A stretch of DNA of 36,468 nt, taken from the IMG/VR virus record IMGVR_UViG_3300027877_000011, positions 1-36,468 of that record. One strand, given 5' to 3'. Below are positions 9,528 through 18,588 of the stretch, piece by piece. This stretch comes from a virus (lineage: Duplodnaviria; Caudoviricetes). Position numbers and translations under genes: made by a program. Below the pieces are notes generated by a model. It saw only the letters and a program-made list of their open reading frames with translations. It made no database searches and was not told the DNA's origin. The number at the start of each line of letters is the position of its first letter. The stretch's first letter is position 1.

Positions 9528-10392
9528 CAGCTGCCTGATCTGTGACCGAGCGTTGTCCGGTGAGGCGTACGCGTGCCAGGTGTGCGCTGGTCAGGCCACC
9601 ACCTGGCTCACCAGGGCGGCTGGGCTGGTGACGGAGGTAGAGGTCACCCTCTCCGGCCAGGCTGTCACCGGCTCCGGTGCGTCCTCCGGTGGGCAGGGTG
9701 ACCTCACCCAGGTCACCAGGCTGGCAAATGCTGCCCTGATACAGCTGGGGACCTGGGCATGGATCCTCGCCCGCTCCCAAGGCCGCAAGCTGGTCCTCCA
9801 CCAAGGCCTCATGCGGGGACCAGTGTGCCCCCGCTGCGCTCACACCAGCTGCGACGCAATCCGCGACCTGTGGCGCCCAGAGTGGATGCCGTCGGTCTGC
9901 CGGTACCTGGCAGCCAACACTCACGCCATCGCGCTCCAACCCTGGGGCCATGAGGCCCTACCCAAGCTCCAGGAAGCCTGCCGCACCATTGAGCGCATCG
10001 TGGACCGCCCAGATCCCGGGGTCCTGGTAGGACTATGCGCATGCGGAAAAGCCCTCTACGGCCTCTCTGGAGCGGCGTGGGTGACATGTCGGGAGTGCGG
10101 GCAGGCATGGGACGTCCAGACCGGCAGAGACGCCCTCAGGGCACGCCTGGACGCCATGCTCATGACCCCAGCAGAAATCGCCTCGCTCGCCGGACCCTTC
10201 GGCATCGCGGGCAGCAGGGAGCAAATCCGCAAGAGGATCCACCGGTGGAAAGAACGCGGCATCATCGCCATCCGAGGCATACGAAACGGTGATCCGCTCC
10301 TCCAGGTCGGGGAAACCCTCACCACCCTGGCCAGAGGCGGTGTTACTGTGGACGCGGATTTGACAGGTTCCGCGCGCCCAAAAGCCGCCTGA
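9520..10392 (+). CDS. Zn-finger + C-terminal HTH protein (candidate late-gene regulator)
   Basis: CLIC..CQVC, CPRC, CACG..CREC motifs; C-terminal MTPAEIA...RIHRWKERG; position before packaging genes. Confidence 0.65.
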   Translation: MADSCLICDRALSGEAYACQVCAGQATTWLTRAAGLVTEVEVTLSGQAVTGSGASSGGQGDLTQVTRLANAALIQLGTWAWILARSQGRKLVLHQGLMRGPVCPRCAHTSCDAIRDLWRPEWMPSVCRYLAANTHAIALQPWGHEALPKLQEACRTIERIVDRPDPGVLVGLCACGKALYGLSGAAWVTCRECGQAWDVQTGRDALRARLDAMLMTPAEIASLAGPFGIAGSREQIRKRIHRWKERGIIAIRGIRNGDPLLQVGETLTTLARGGVTVDADLTGSARPKAA

Positions 10393-10408
10393 ACCCACCG
10401 TCCCGCGC

Positions 10409-10436
10409 AAGGCCCAGCCTCCCCGTGCTGGGCCTT
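10409..10436 (+). terminator. Hairpin, possible terminator or processing site
   Basis: AAGGCCCAGC-8nt-GCTGGGCCTT. Confidence 0.5.
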
Positions 10437-10468
10437 CGCCATATCCCCCCAAGCCCAGGAGGGCACCC

Positions 10469-10705
10469 ATGGCACCCGAAGACATCGCGAACCGGTTCGC
10501 ATTCCACCCCGCGACCACTGACGAGAAGCGCGACGCCCACACCAGCGTCCGGCAACAGTGCCGCCAGCTGGCAGACGCGCTCAACGCGCAGCTGCCCGAG
10601 GGCCGGGAAAAGGCCCTGGCCATGACCAAGCTCGAAGAGGTCATGTTCTGGGGCAATGCCGCGCTCGCTCGGCACCAGCCCCAGCAGGTGTACGTCAAGC
10701 CCTGA
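10469..10705 (+). CDS. Acb2/Tad1-like helical-hairpin protein (putative immune-signal sponge)
   Basis: NRFAFH...R...LA......PEGREKALAMTKLEEVMFWGNAALAR resembles the Tad1 C-terminal RE.A.A.T..EE.MW.N motif; AGGAGG RBS. Confidence 0.7.
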   Translation: MAPEDIANRFAFHPATTDEKRDAHTSVRQQCRQLADALNAQLPEGREKALAMTKLEEVMFWGNAALARHQPQQVYVKP

Positions 10706-10744
10706 CGCAGACCCCACGGCCAGTGCCCCCTACTGGCCGTGCGC

Positions 10745-10816
10745 AGCGCAGTAGAGCAGCAGTAGCTCGCCAGCCCCATAAGCTGGAGGTCCCCGGTTCG
10801 AATCCGGGCTGCGCCA
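10745..10816 (+). tRNA. Atypical tRNA with CAT anticodon (fMet-like body)
   Basis: Acceptor AGCGCAG/CTGCGCC, D-stem GAGC/GCTC, anticodon stem CCAGC/GCTGG with loop CCCATAA, T-arm CCCGG-TTCGAAT-CCGGG; CCA not encoded. Confidence 0.8.
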
Positions 10817-10840
10817 CTCACCCAGATTCGCGGCTGGGTG

Positions 10841-10926
10841 GGATCTGTAGCTCAACGGAGTAGAGCACTGCCGCCCTCTTGACCCCCGGGGCGTCAGAGG
10901 TGGCGGTGCAACTCCGCCCGGATCCG
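10841..10926 (+). ncRNA. tRNA-like element with extended non-canonical anticodon arm
   Basis: Acceptor GGATCTG/CGGATCC, TA, D-arm GCTC-AACGGAGTA-GAGC, T-arm GGCGG-TGCAACT-CCGCC; 30-nt arm in place of the 17-nt anticodon arm. Confidence 0.65.
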
Positions 10927-11005
10927 CGCCGCTCACGGGCACATGGGATGGGGAAACGCCCAGGAGGACGGGACACCTCCTGGGCACCCCCAGGGAGGAG
11001 GAGAG

Positions 11006-11107
11006 ATGCCACAACGCGTGATCCTCGCCCTCGTGACACCCTGGGCAATCCTGGCCGTGTACATCGGCCTGCTCGTCATCGCCCGTGGCGCTGGTGGGGC
11101 CTGGTAA
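11006..11107 (+). CDS. 33-aa single-TM peptide (MPQRVILALVTPWAILAVYIGLLVIARGAGGAW)
   Basis: Strong GGAGGAG RBS; TAATG coupling to terminase small subunit; absent from ORF track. Confidence 0.6.
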   Translation: MPQRVILALVTPWAILAVYIGLLVIARGAGGAW

Positions 11108-11631
11108 TGGCCGCCGCGATCTCCGCGCGGAAGCGCAACGCCATACTCAAGGCCATAAAAGCCGGCGGATCATCCCGGGCCCAGATCGCCAGAGACCACA
11201 AGGTATCCGGCAGCACGGTATCGAAGATCGCAAAAGAAGCCGGAATCGAGACCCCGTTCGATCGGGCGCACACCAAAAACGCCACCCAGGCGCGCACGGT
11301 CGACATGGCCGCGAGGCGGGCGGAACTGGCCGAGCTGCTCCTGGGCGACGCCTTCAAGCTGCGAGATCGGGTCTGGGATAAGTATCAGGTTGTCTCCTTC
11401 GGGCCAGACGGACCTGAGATCGCCTACCTGAATCTGCCGCCGGCGAAGGACACCCAGTGCCTGATGGCCAGCCTCGGTATCGCGGTGGACAAGCACCTCT
11501 TGATAACCAAGCACGACGCGGATCCAGGCACTGATTCGGCTAAGTCGATGTTGGCGGATCTCGGGCGGGCCCTCGGTGTTGCGGCCGAGGCGCTGAGTGA
11601 ACCGTCCTCAGATAAGCCCGATGTCGGATAA
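11107..11631 (+). CDS. Terminase small subunit (N-terminal HTH)
   Basis: SSRAQIARDHKVSGSTVSKIA HTH; directly upstream of large terminase. Confidence 0.75.
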   Translation: MAAAISARKRNAILKAIKAGGSSRAQIARDHKVSGSTVSKIAKEAGIETPFDRAHTKNATQARTVDMAARRAELAELLLGDAFKLRDRVWDKYQVVSFGPDGPEIAYLNLPPAKDTQCLMASLGIAVDKHLLITKHDADPGTDSAKSMLADLGRALGVAAEALSEPSSDKPDVG

Positions 11632-11652
11632 CCGTAATTATCCTACACACCC

Positions 11653-12912
11653 ATGCATAATCTGAGCGCATTGTCAAGGGTCCTAAGCCACAAACAGGTC
11701 CTGTCTGTGCACGAGGCGATGACCACACCCCAGATCGCCCTCTGGTCCGGTGCGGTCTCCTCCGGCAAGACCATCGCCAGCCTCTTGGCCCTGCTTATCG
11801 CCATCGCCCAGGCCCCAGACCGGGGCCTGATCGTGGTCGTGGGCAGGACGTTGCAGACGATCGAGCGAAACGTCATAGACCCGCTGCAAAGTGTTGGCCT
11901 GTATGGCTTCGCCGCGCGGCATGTTCACCACACGACCGGCTCCACCCTGGCCACCATCCTCGGTCGCAAGGTCCACTTGGTGGGTGCCTCAGATGTGCGC
12001 GCCGAGGCCCGTATCCGCGGGGCAACGATCGCTCTCGGATACATCGATGAGGCAACCCTGGTGCCTCAGAGCTTCTGGATGATGTTTCTGTCTCGCCTCC
12101 GCGTTCCCGGGGCCAAACTTCTCGCCACAACCAACCCGGACGGTCCGGGTCATTGGATTCGCAAGGAATTCATCCAGCGTGCCGATGAGGTGGGCCTGAG
12201 GTATTGGCATTTCACTCTGGATGACAACCCGTCCTTGGATCCGGCTTACGTGGCTCGCTTGAAGACGCAGTACACGGGGCTCTGGTACAAGCGCTTCATC
12301 GAGGGAATCTGGTGCCTGGCCGAGGGCGCCATCTACGACTGCTGGGATCCCGCCCGGCATGTCGTCAGCGCCCTACCCAGCATCGCCAGCCTCCCTGGCT
12401 GTGGTGTGGACTACGGCACTACCAACCCGTTCGCCGCCCTGCTCCTGGGCGTCACTGGGGATGGACGGCTGTGCCTGACCCGAGAGTGGCGCTGGGACTC
12501 GAAGCGCCGGATGCGCAGCCTCACCGATGGTGAGTACTCGACCCGGCTCCGGCAGTGGCTCGGCACGGACTACCCAGAGTGGATCTGCGTCGACCCCAGC
12601 GCGGCAAGCTTCCGCACTCAGCTCTTCGTCGATGGACTCATGCCCGTTGACGCCGACAACAGCGTCCTGGACGGCCTACGGCTGATATCCAGCCTCATGG
12701 CACAGGACCTCCTGGTCGTACATGAGTCCTGTGAGGGCTGGATCCAGGAGATCGGTGGCTACTCCTGGGACCCGGAGAAGGCCCAGGCTGGCCAGGATGC
12801 CCCGGTCAAGGTAGACGACCACTCAATGGACGCCGGCCGGTACGCCATCAAAACCACTGAGCAGCTCTGGCGTCCCCAGCTCCGCCAATCCGTACCCGTT
12901 CCCGCAGCCTGA
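11653..12912 (+). CDS. terL: Terminase large subunit (PBSX/SPP1-like)
   Basis: GAVSSGKT, YIDEAT, TTNPD, GVDYGTTNP, VDPSAASF, DDHSMDAGRY. Confidence 0.95.
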   Translation: MHNLSALSRVLSHKQVLSVHEAMTTPQIALWSGAVSSGKTIASLLALLIAIAQAPDRGLIVVVGRTLQTIERNVIDPLQSVGLYGFAARHVHHTTGSTLATILGRKVHLVGASDVRAEARIRGATIALGYIDEATLVPQSFWMMFLSRLRVPGAKLLATTNPDGPGHWIRKEFIQRADEVGLRYWHFTLDDNPSLDPAYVARLKTQYTGLWYKRFIEGIWCLAEGAIYDCWDPARHVVSALPSIASLPGCGVDYGTTNPFAALLLGVTGDGRLCLTREWRWDSKRRMRSLTDGEYSTRLRQWLGTDYPEWICVDPSAASFRTQLFVDGLMPVDADNSVLDGLRLISSLMAQDLLVVHESCEGWIQEIGGYSWDPEKAQAGQDAPVKVDDHSMDAGRYAIKTTEQLWRPQLRQSVPVPAA

Positions 12913-12922
12913 GGAGGTGCCC

Positions 12923-14557
12923 ATGCCGATACCAACTGGTGGTGCCTGGCCCCCGCCAGAGCACGCGCCCGCGTACAGGTCCTACCTGGACTGGGATGCG
13001 TGGCACGTGGGCAGCCCAGACAAGCTGCGGGACGTCTACGCCGGCAGGGGTTACCAGGATCAGTCCCTACCCCCATCCATGCGGCAGCGCCGCTACCCAG
13101 GGCAGGCCGCAGGTGGCGTGGTTGGGCGCTTCTCCCGCTGGCTCTGGGGTGCTCCCCCGCCCACCACAGCCACAGATGGGCGGCTGCACGTTCCGCTCCC
13201 CGCGGACTTGGCCTCCACTTCCGCGCGCCTGTTGTTCGCTGAGCCACCCAAGCTATCCAGCGCCAACCTGGACATCCAGCACCGCCTGGATGACCTGATT
13301 GAGGACGGCCTACACCAGACCCTGCTACACGCGGCGGATGCGGCCAGCACCCTCGGGGATGTGTACCTGCGCCCGGTCATAGACCTAGAGGTCAGTAAGC
13401 AGGCCATCCTGGACGTTGTCCACGCGGACGGTGCCATCCCGGTCATCCGGTGGGGCAGACTCCTGGAGGTGACCTTCTGGAGTCAGGTCGCCCGCTCTGG
13501 GCAAGCCGTGTACCGGCTCCTGGAGCACCATGACGTGGTCAACGGAGCTGGGAGGATCACCTACGCCCTGCACCAGGGCGATCAGGACAGCCTTGGTCGC
13601 GCTGTGCCATACGCGGAGCTGCCCAGTACCGCCTATCTGGCTGATCTGGTGGACGCTGAGGGGAGCCAGCCCACCGGCCTGGACCGGTTGGACGTCGTCC
13701 GCGTGCCCAATGACGGGCCACAGAGGACCTGGCGCACCAACCCGGCGCTGAGATTCCACGGCCGGTCAGATTTCGACGGTAACGAACAACTGTTCGACCG
13801 GTTGGACGACTGCTGGACCAGCTGGATGCAGGACCTTCGCATAGCCAGGGGTCGCATCGTCGTCCCCAGCTACATGATGCAGTCCAACGGCGCCGGCCTT
13901 GGTGCTACCTGGGACGCCACCCGCGAGGTTTTCACGGAGATCAACGCCGCTCCCGGCCAAGCCGCCGCCAACCCGATCACCCCGATCCAGTTCGCCATCC
14001 GCCATGTTGAGCACCAGGCCACGGCGGACGCCATAACCCAGCTGGTCCTGCGGCACGCTGGCCTCAGCGCCCAGACCCTGGGTATGCAGGGCGGAGACGC
14101 CGCCGTGACGGCCACGGAGATCCAGGCACGGGAACGGCAATCCTTCACTACCAGGGGCGCCCGGATCCAGGCCTGGCGTCCAGCGATCGCTGAGGCCATC
14201 AAGCTCCTCCTGGCCGTGGAGGCCGCCCAGCTCAGCAGCCGCGTACTGGCGGATCGCCCCGGCGTTGAATTCGGCGACAGCGTCTCCGAGGCCCCGGAAA
14301 CCACTGCCCGCACACTCCAACTCCTCACCGCCGCCGAGGCCGTCTCCTACGACACCCGGGTTCGCATGGTGCACCCAGAGTGGGATGACGCCCAGGTCGA
14401 AGCCGAGGTCCTACGCATCAAGGACGCGTCAGCCATCTCTGTGCAGAACCCGGACACCTACGCCGGCGGACCCGCTCCGACAGCGGACCCGACCGTAGAC
14501 CCATCCGGCGGCCAGGATGATGTCCCGCCGGCGGACCCCGCCAGTGCCGGTCGATAG
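12923..14557 (+). CDS. Portal protein (SPP1/A118-like)
   Basis: Follows terL; LHVPLPADLA, TATEI motifs; GAGGAGG RBS. Confidence 0.9.
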   Translation: MPIPTGGAWPPPEHAPAYRSYLDWDAWHVGSPDKLRDVYAGRGYQDQSLPPSMRQRRYPGQAAGGVVGRFSRWLWGAPPPTTATDGRLHVPLPADLASTSARLLFAEPPKLSSANLDIQHRLDDLIEDGLHQTLLHAADAASTLGDVYLRPVIDLEVSKQAILDVVHADGAIPVIRWGRLLEVTFWSQVARSGQAVYRLLEHHDVVNGAGRITYALHQGDQDSLGRAVPYAELPSTAYLADLVDAEGSQPTGLDRLDVVRVPNDGPQRTWRTNPALRFHGRSDFDGNEQLFDRLDDCWTSWMQDLRIARGRIVVPSYMMQSNGAGLGATWDATREVFTEINAAPGQAAANPITPIQFAIRHVEHQATADAITQLVLRHAGLSAQTLGMQGGDAAVTATEIQARERQSFTTRGARIQAWRPAIAEAIKLLLAVEAAQLSSRVLADRPGVEFGDSVSEAPETTARTLQLLTAAEAVSYDTRVRMVHPEWDDAQVEAEVLRIKDASAISVQNPDTYAGGPAPTADPTVDPSGGQDDVPPADPASAGR

Positions 14558-15671
14558 GACCATCGCAGAGGACCTCGCCGTAACCCTGGCGAACCTCTAC
14601 CGGGGCGCTCACACCCGCCTCGCCACAGACATCGCCCGCCGCCTCAGCAGCGGACTCGACACACCCACCTGGGCCACGGACAAACTGGCTGGCCTGGCCA
14701 ACCTCCGTACCTGGACAGAGCGTCTCATAGCTCGCCTGGACGGGGACATGGCCCACCAGGTGGAGCAGCTCATCGCCCTGGCCTACACCCGGGGCGGCCA
14801 GGCTGGACAGGAGGAACTGGCCAGACTCGGCCAGGCGGCGCCTGGGGACCTCGCCGCGACCAGGGCAGCACTCCCGGGCAATGAGGCGTTGCAGCGCATG
14901 GCCTGGTCTCTGGTGACCGGGCTGCGAGGCACGCATACCCAGATCCTGCGCTGGTCCATGGACTCCTACCGCAGCGTGGTGGCCACCGCCGGTGTGCCGG
15001 ACGTACTCCTGGGAACCTCCACCAGGCGCAGGGCCGCCCAGGTTGCCTGGGAGAAGCTTCTCAGTCAGGGAATCACCGGCTTTCGGGACCGCAGCGGGCG
15101 CAACTGGGAGCTGGCCAGCTACACCGAGATGGCCACCCGCAGCGTTACCGCCCAGGCCGCTGTAGAGGGGCACCTAGACCGACTCACCAGCGCCGGAATC
15201 GATCTCGTAATCGTCTCCAACGCTCCTCAGGAGTGCGTACGCTGCCGCCCGTGGGAGGGCAAGATCCTCACCCGCTCCGGCCCAGGGGGAAGGCAAAACC
15301 TCGAGGTCGAGCACGCCACCCAGGACGGCAAGAAGGTCAAAATCCAGGTGGCCGGGAGCGTGGATGAGGCCATCGCCGCTGGTCTGATGCACCCCAACTG
15401 CCGGCATTCGCTCAGTGCGTACCTGGCCGGGGTGACCAAGGCCCCCACCCAGACCGCTGACGCCCAGGGCGACGCCGACCGGCAGCGCCTCCGTGCCATG
15501 GAGCGCACCCTCCGGCAGTGGAAACTGCGGGAACAGGCTGCCATAGACCCCGCCGCAAAGGCCCAAGCCGCGGTGAAGGTCCGGGAGTGGCAGGCCGCTA
15601 TCCGCGCCCACTGTGCCAGCACCACCGCCAAACGCCAACCTGCCCGGGAGCAGATCGGCGTGGCCCGCTAG
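14544..15671 (+). CDS. Minor capsid / head morphogenesis protein
   Basis: GFRDRSGRNW..Y.EMATR, CVRCRPWEGKIL, GLMHPNCRH. Confidence 0.85.
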   Translation: MPVDRTIAEDLAVTLANLYRGAHTRLATDIARRLSSGLDTPTWATDKLAGLANLRTWTERLIARLDGDMAHQVEQLIALAYTRGGQAGQEELARLGQAAPGDLAATRAALPGNEALQRMAWSLVTGLRGTHTQILRWSMDSYRSVVATAGVPDVLLGTSTRRRAAQVAWEKLLSQGITGFRDRSGRNWELASYTEMATRSVTAQAAVEGHLDRLTSAGIDLVIVSNAPQECVRCRPWEGKILTRSGPGGRQNLEVEHATQDGKKVKIQVAGSVDEAIAAGLMHPNCRHSLSAYLAGVTKAPTQTADAQGDADRQRLRAMERTLRQWKLREQAAIDPAAKAQAAVKVREWQAAIRAHCASTTAKRQPAREQIGVAR

Positions 15672-15722
15672 CCACCTCCGGAGACAAGGTGCTCCGGGGA
15701 TGAGACGCCTCAAGGAGTCGTC

Positions 15723-16394
15723 GTGCGCATCACCAAACGCCGCATGCTGTGCGGTTTCGTAGTCGCCCGTTTTCGTCTCCGTGATGGAGAGACCGGTGGG
15801 GAGCCAACTGGCACTCCGACCGGTGAAGGGGGCACCGGAGAGGGCGACGACGCCAAAGACGGCGGGAAGAAGCCCGACATCAAGGGCGACGTTGATCCCG
15901 ACCGGGCAGCCAGGGCAATCCAGGCAGCCCGTGAAGGCGAAAAAGCCGCCAAGACTGCGGCCCGCATCGCGGACGAACGCCTCAAAGCCGTCCTCGCCGC
16001 CGCTGGGCTGACCGCAGATGGCAAGGAAGACCCCGCCCAGCAGCTCAAGGCAGCCGCTGAGGAGAGGGACAAGGCCGTTGCCCAGGCCAGGCAGACCGCT
16101 GTGGAACTGGCCGTCTACAGGAGCTCAAGTGGTGCCGGAGCAGACGCCAGTGCCCTGCTCGACAGCCGCGCTTTCCTCACCCAGGTCGCAGATCTGGACC
16201 CCGCAGCGGCCGACTTCGGGGACAAGGTCTCCGCCGCGATCAAGGCCGCCATCAAGGCCAACCCAAAGCTCGCCGCCGGACCCGCCGTAGTCGCGCCCAG
16301 CCGCCAAGGAGCGGCAGCAACAGGCGCGGGAACGGGCTCCGCCGGCCGCTCACGTGATCTAAATGCAGCCGTCGCGCGCAAGCTCGGCGGGTAA
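15723..16394 (+). CDS. Capsid scaffolding protein
   Basis: Ala/charged helical protein with LLDSRAF motif before MCP; AAGGAG RBS. Confidence 0.75.
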   Translation: MRITKRRMLCGFVVARFRLRDGETGGEPTGTPTGEGGTGEGDDAKDGGKKPDIKGDVDPDRAARAIQAAREGEKAAKTAARIADERLKAVLAAAGLTADGKEDPAQQLKAAAEERDKAVAQARQTAVELAVYRSSSGAGADASALLDSRAFLTQVADLDPAAADFGDKVSAAIKAAIKANPKLAAGPAVVAPSRQGAAATGAGTGSAGRSRDLNAAVARKLGG

Positions 16395-16408
16395 CCGGAA
16401 GGGGCCCC

Positions 16409-17410
16409 ATGGCCATCACGCTCGCCGAGGCGAGTAACAACTGCCAGGACGACTTCGACGCATCAGTCATCGATGAGTTCCGCAAGGAATCCACGATCCT
16501 GGACATGCTGACCTTCGATGACGTCGTCAACCCGGCTGGTGGCGGGGCCACCATGACCTACGGCTACCGGCGCCTGGCAACCCAGCCAACCGCCAACACC
16601 AGGGCGATGAACACCGAATATGCCCCGCAAAACGTCACCACCACCAAGGTCAGCACGACCCTGGCCGTGATGGGAGGAGCATTCAACGTCGATCGGGTGC
16701 TGTCGCGTATCGGTGCCGCCGCCAGCTCGGCGGTGACGCTGAACATGCAGCAGAAGATCAAGGCGACGCGGACCCGATTCCAGGACGAGGTGATCAACGG
16801 GGACGTCGCAGTGGACGCCGCCGGCTTCGACGGCCTGGACAAGGCGCTCACTGGGTCCAGCACCGAGTTTCGGGCCACCTCGGTCACGGACTGGTCGGAC
16901 CTGGACACCTCGGCCGCGACCAAATTCACCGCCCTGGACGCCCTGGATGAGTTCCTGAGCCTCCTGGATGGGACGCCAACCCTGCTCCTGGGCAACAAGC
17001 GCGCACTCGCCCGCGTGCGGGCAATCGTCCGGCGTACTGGCATGTACACCCGGGACCCGGTGGAGGGCCTCATCGGCCCCGGTGGGCGTCCGGTCACCAG
17101 GGAGTCCTACGGCGGGCTGATCTTCGCGGACCCTGGCGACCAGGCCGGCTCGACCGACCCGATCATCCCGGTCGAGACCCGCACCGTAAGCACCTCCTAC
17201 ACCAACCTCACGGACCTCTACGCAATCCGCATCGGGCTGGACGGCTTCCACGGCGTGACCACCGTGGGCAGCCAGCTGGTGCAGTCCTGGCTGCCCGATT
17301 TCAGTCAACCGGGTGCGGTAAAGACCGGTGAAGTGGAGTTGGGGCCCGTCGCGGTGGCACTTAAAGCCACCAAGGCCGCCGCAGTGTTCCGCAACATCAA
17401 GGTGGCCTGA
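16409..17410 (+). CDS. Major capsid protein
   Basis: MAITLAEA start, VIDEFRKES, INGD..FDGL motifs; 333 aa; position. Confidence 0.9.
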   Translation: MAITLAEASNNCQDDFDASVIDEFRKESTILDMLTFDDVVNPAGGGATMTYGYRRLATQPTANTRAMNTEYAPQNVTTTKVSTTLAVMGGAFNVDRVLSRIGAAASSAVTLNMQQKIKATRTRFQDEVINGDVAVDAAGFDGLDKALTGSSTEFRATSVTDWSDLDTSAATKFTALDALDEFLSLLDGTPTLLLGNKRALARVRAIVRRTGMYTRDPVEGLIGPGGRPVTRESYGGLIFADPGDQAGSTDPIIPVETRTVSTSYTNLTDLYAIRIGLDGFHGVTTVGSQLVQSWLPDFSQPGAVKTGEVELGPVAVALKATKAAAVFRNIKVA

Positions 17411-17667
17411 TGCCTCGCTACCGCATCACGGCCCCCGTAGAGCACGTGACCTGCTCCATTGCTGGAGTGATGTTCGCGGACTCGACCGCTGAGACCGACT
17501 CCGAGCCGGCCATCGCGTACTTCCGCCGGCACGGCTACGGGGTGGAGGAGATCCCTGAACCGGAACCGGAACCGGCAGAGGCAGAGCCGGAACCCGCAAA
17601 AAAGACCACACCCAAGAAGGCCGCCAAGAACGCGGTCGACGACCCCCAAGAGGAGGCAGGGCAGTGA
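17410..17667 (+). CDS. Small head-associated protein
   Basis: TGATG coupling to MCP; AYFRRHGY.VE motif and EP/K-rich tail. Confidence 0.65.
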   Translation: MPRYRITAPVEHVTCSIAGVMFADSTAETDSEPAIAYFRRHGYGVEEIPEPEPEPAEAEPEPAKKTTPKKAAKNAVDDPQEEAGQ

Positions 17668-18251
17668 CCGTACTCGGTAGGTACCCACGGCCGGTCCCCG
17701 ACGCCGCGTGCTTCGATAGCCCATACAACAACCTCCCCGGGGTGGACCAGGACACCTTCGTCCGCGCCAACATCCCGGTCTGGGCATGCACCTCGGACCT
17801 GGCCGCCACCGGCACTGGGGTCGCGATAGGGGTCCGGATCTTCCTCCGCCACGGCGATGTCGTCACCAACATCACCTTTGTCAGCGGCAACACCGCTGCG
17901 GGCACCCCAATCCACTGGGCGCACGCCATCTATGACCCGGATGGCAACCTTCTAGGGGCGACTGCGGACCAGACCAGCACCGCCTGGGCCGCGAACACGG
18001 CCAAGAAGCTGGCCCTCTCGGCACCGGTGACGATCACGCGGGATGGCTGGTACATCGTGGCCACCACCACCACAGCCACCACAGTGCAGACCCTGATCGG
18101 ATCCGCGCCGATCGTGACCGCAACCGCCAGTGTCCACACCGGCAGCGTCGCCCTGGGCGTCACCTTCGGCACCGGACTGGACGGGGTACCGCCCGCGACC
18201 ACAGGCACGCTCACCGGTGTCGCCAAGTGCCCCCTGGCCATCGTCTCCTGA
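17664..18251 (+). CDS. Putative virion structural / head decoration protein
   Basis: GAGGAGG RBS; Thr/Ala/Gly-rich, beta-type composition. Confidence 0.6.
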   Translation: MTVLGRYPRPVPDAACFDSPYNNLPGVDQDTFVRANIPVWACTSDLAATGTGVAIGVRIFLRHGDVVTNITFVSGNTAAGTPIHWAHAIYDPDGNLLGATADQTSTAWAANTAKKLALSAPVTITRDGWYIVATTTTATTVQTLIGSAPIVTATASVHTGSVALGVTFGTGLDGVPPATTGTLTGVAKCPLAIVS

Positions 18252-18252
18252 C

Positions 18253-18588
18253 ATGGCCAAAGCAGGCACAGTAGCCGTGACGGATGCGGCAGCGATCCTG
18301 GTCGCTGCCGCATCCGCGCACAGCGTCGCGAAAGGGGTCACCACGGTGACCTCCGGCGCCGGAACAGAGCTCCTGTCCGGGCACTATGACCGGTACCAGG
18401 TGGTGGTCAGTGCTCCGGTCGGGTCCTCAGTCGCCTACCTGGGCAGCAGCGCCGTGGTGGACAGCACCGGGTGGCCCTTGGGCCCAGGTGTCGACCTGAC
18501 CGTGGATCTCCCGGTGGGTGAGGCCCTGTATGCCCGGTGTGCCACGGGTGGGACGGCCACACTCCGGATCCTGGTGATGGGCACATGA
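18253..18588 (+). CDS. Putative virion structural protein
   Basis: In operon; YLG..V....GWPLGPG beta-sandwich-like pattern. Confidence 0.55.
   Translation: MAKAGTVAVTDAAAILVAAASAHSVAKGVTTVTSGAGTELLSGHYDRYQVVVSAPVGSSVAYLGSSAVVDSTGWPLGPGVDLTVDLPVGEALYARCATGGTATLRILVMGT

Noticed and set aside
10745-10926. tRNA sequences as attP core
   Set aside because: Full-length cloverleaves rather than 3' fragments, and no integrase
17556-17596. GAACCG-type short repeats
   Set aside because: They simply encode an EPEPEP linker
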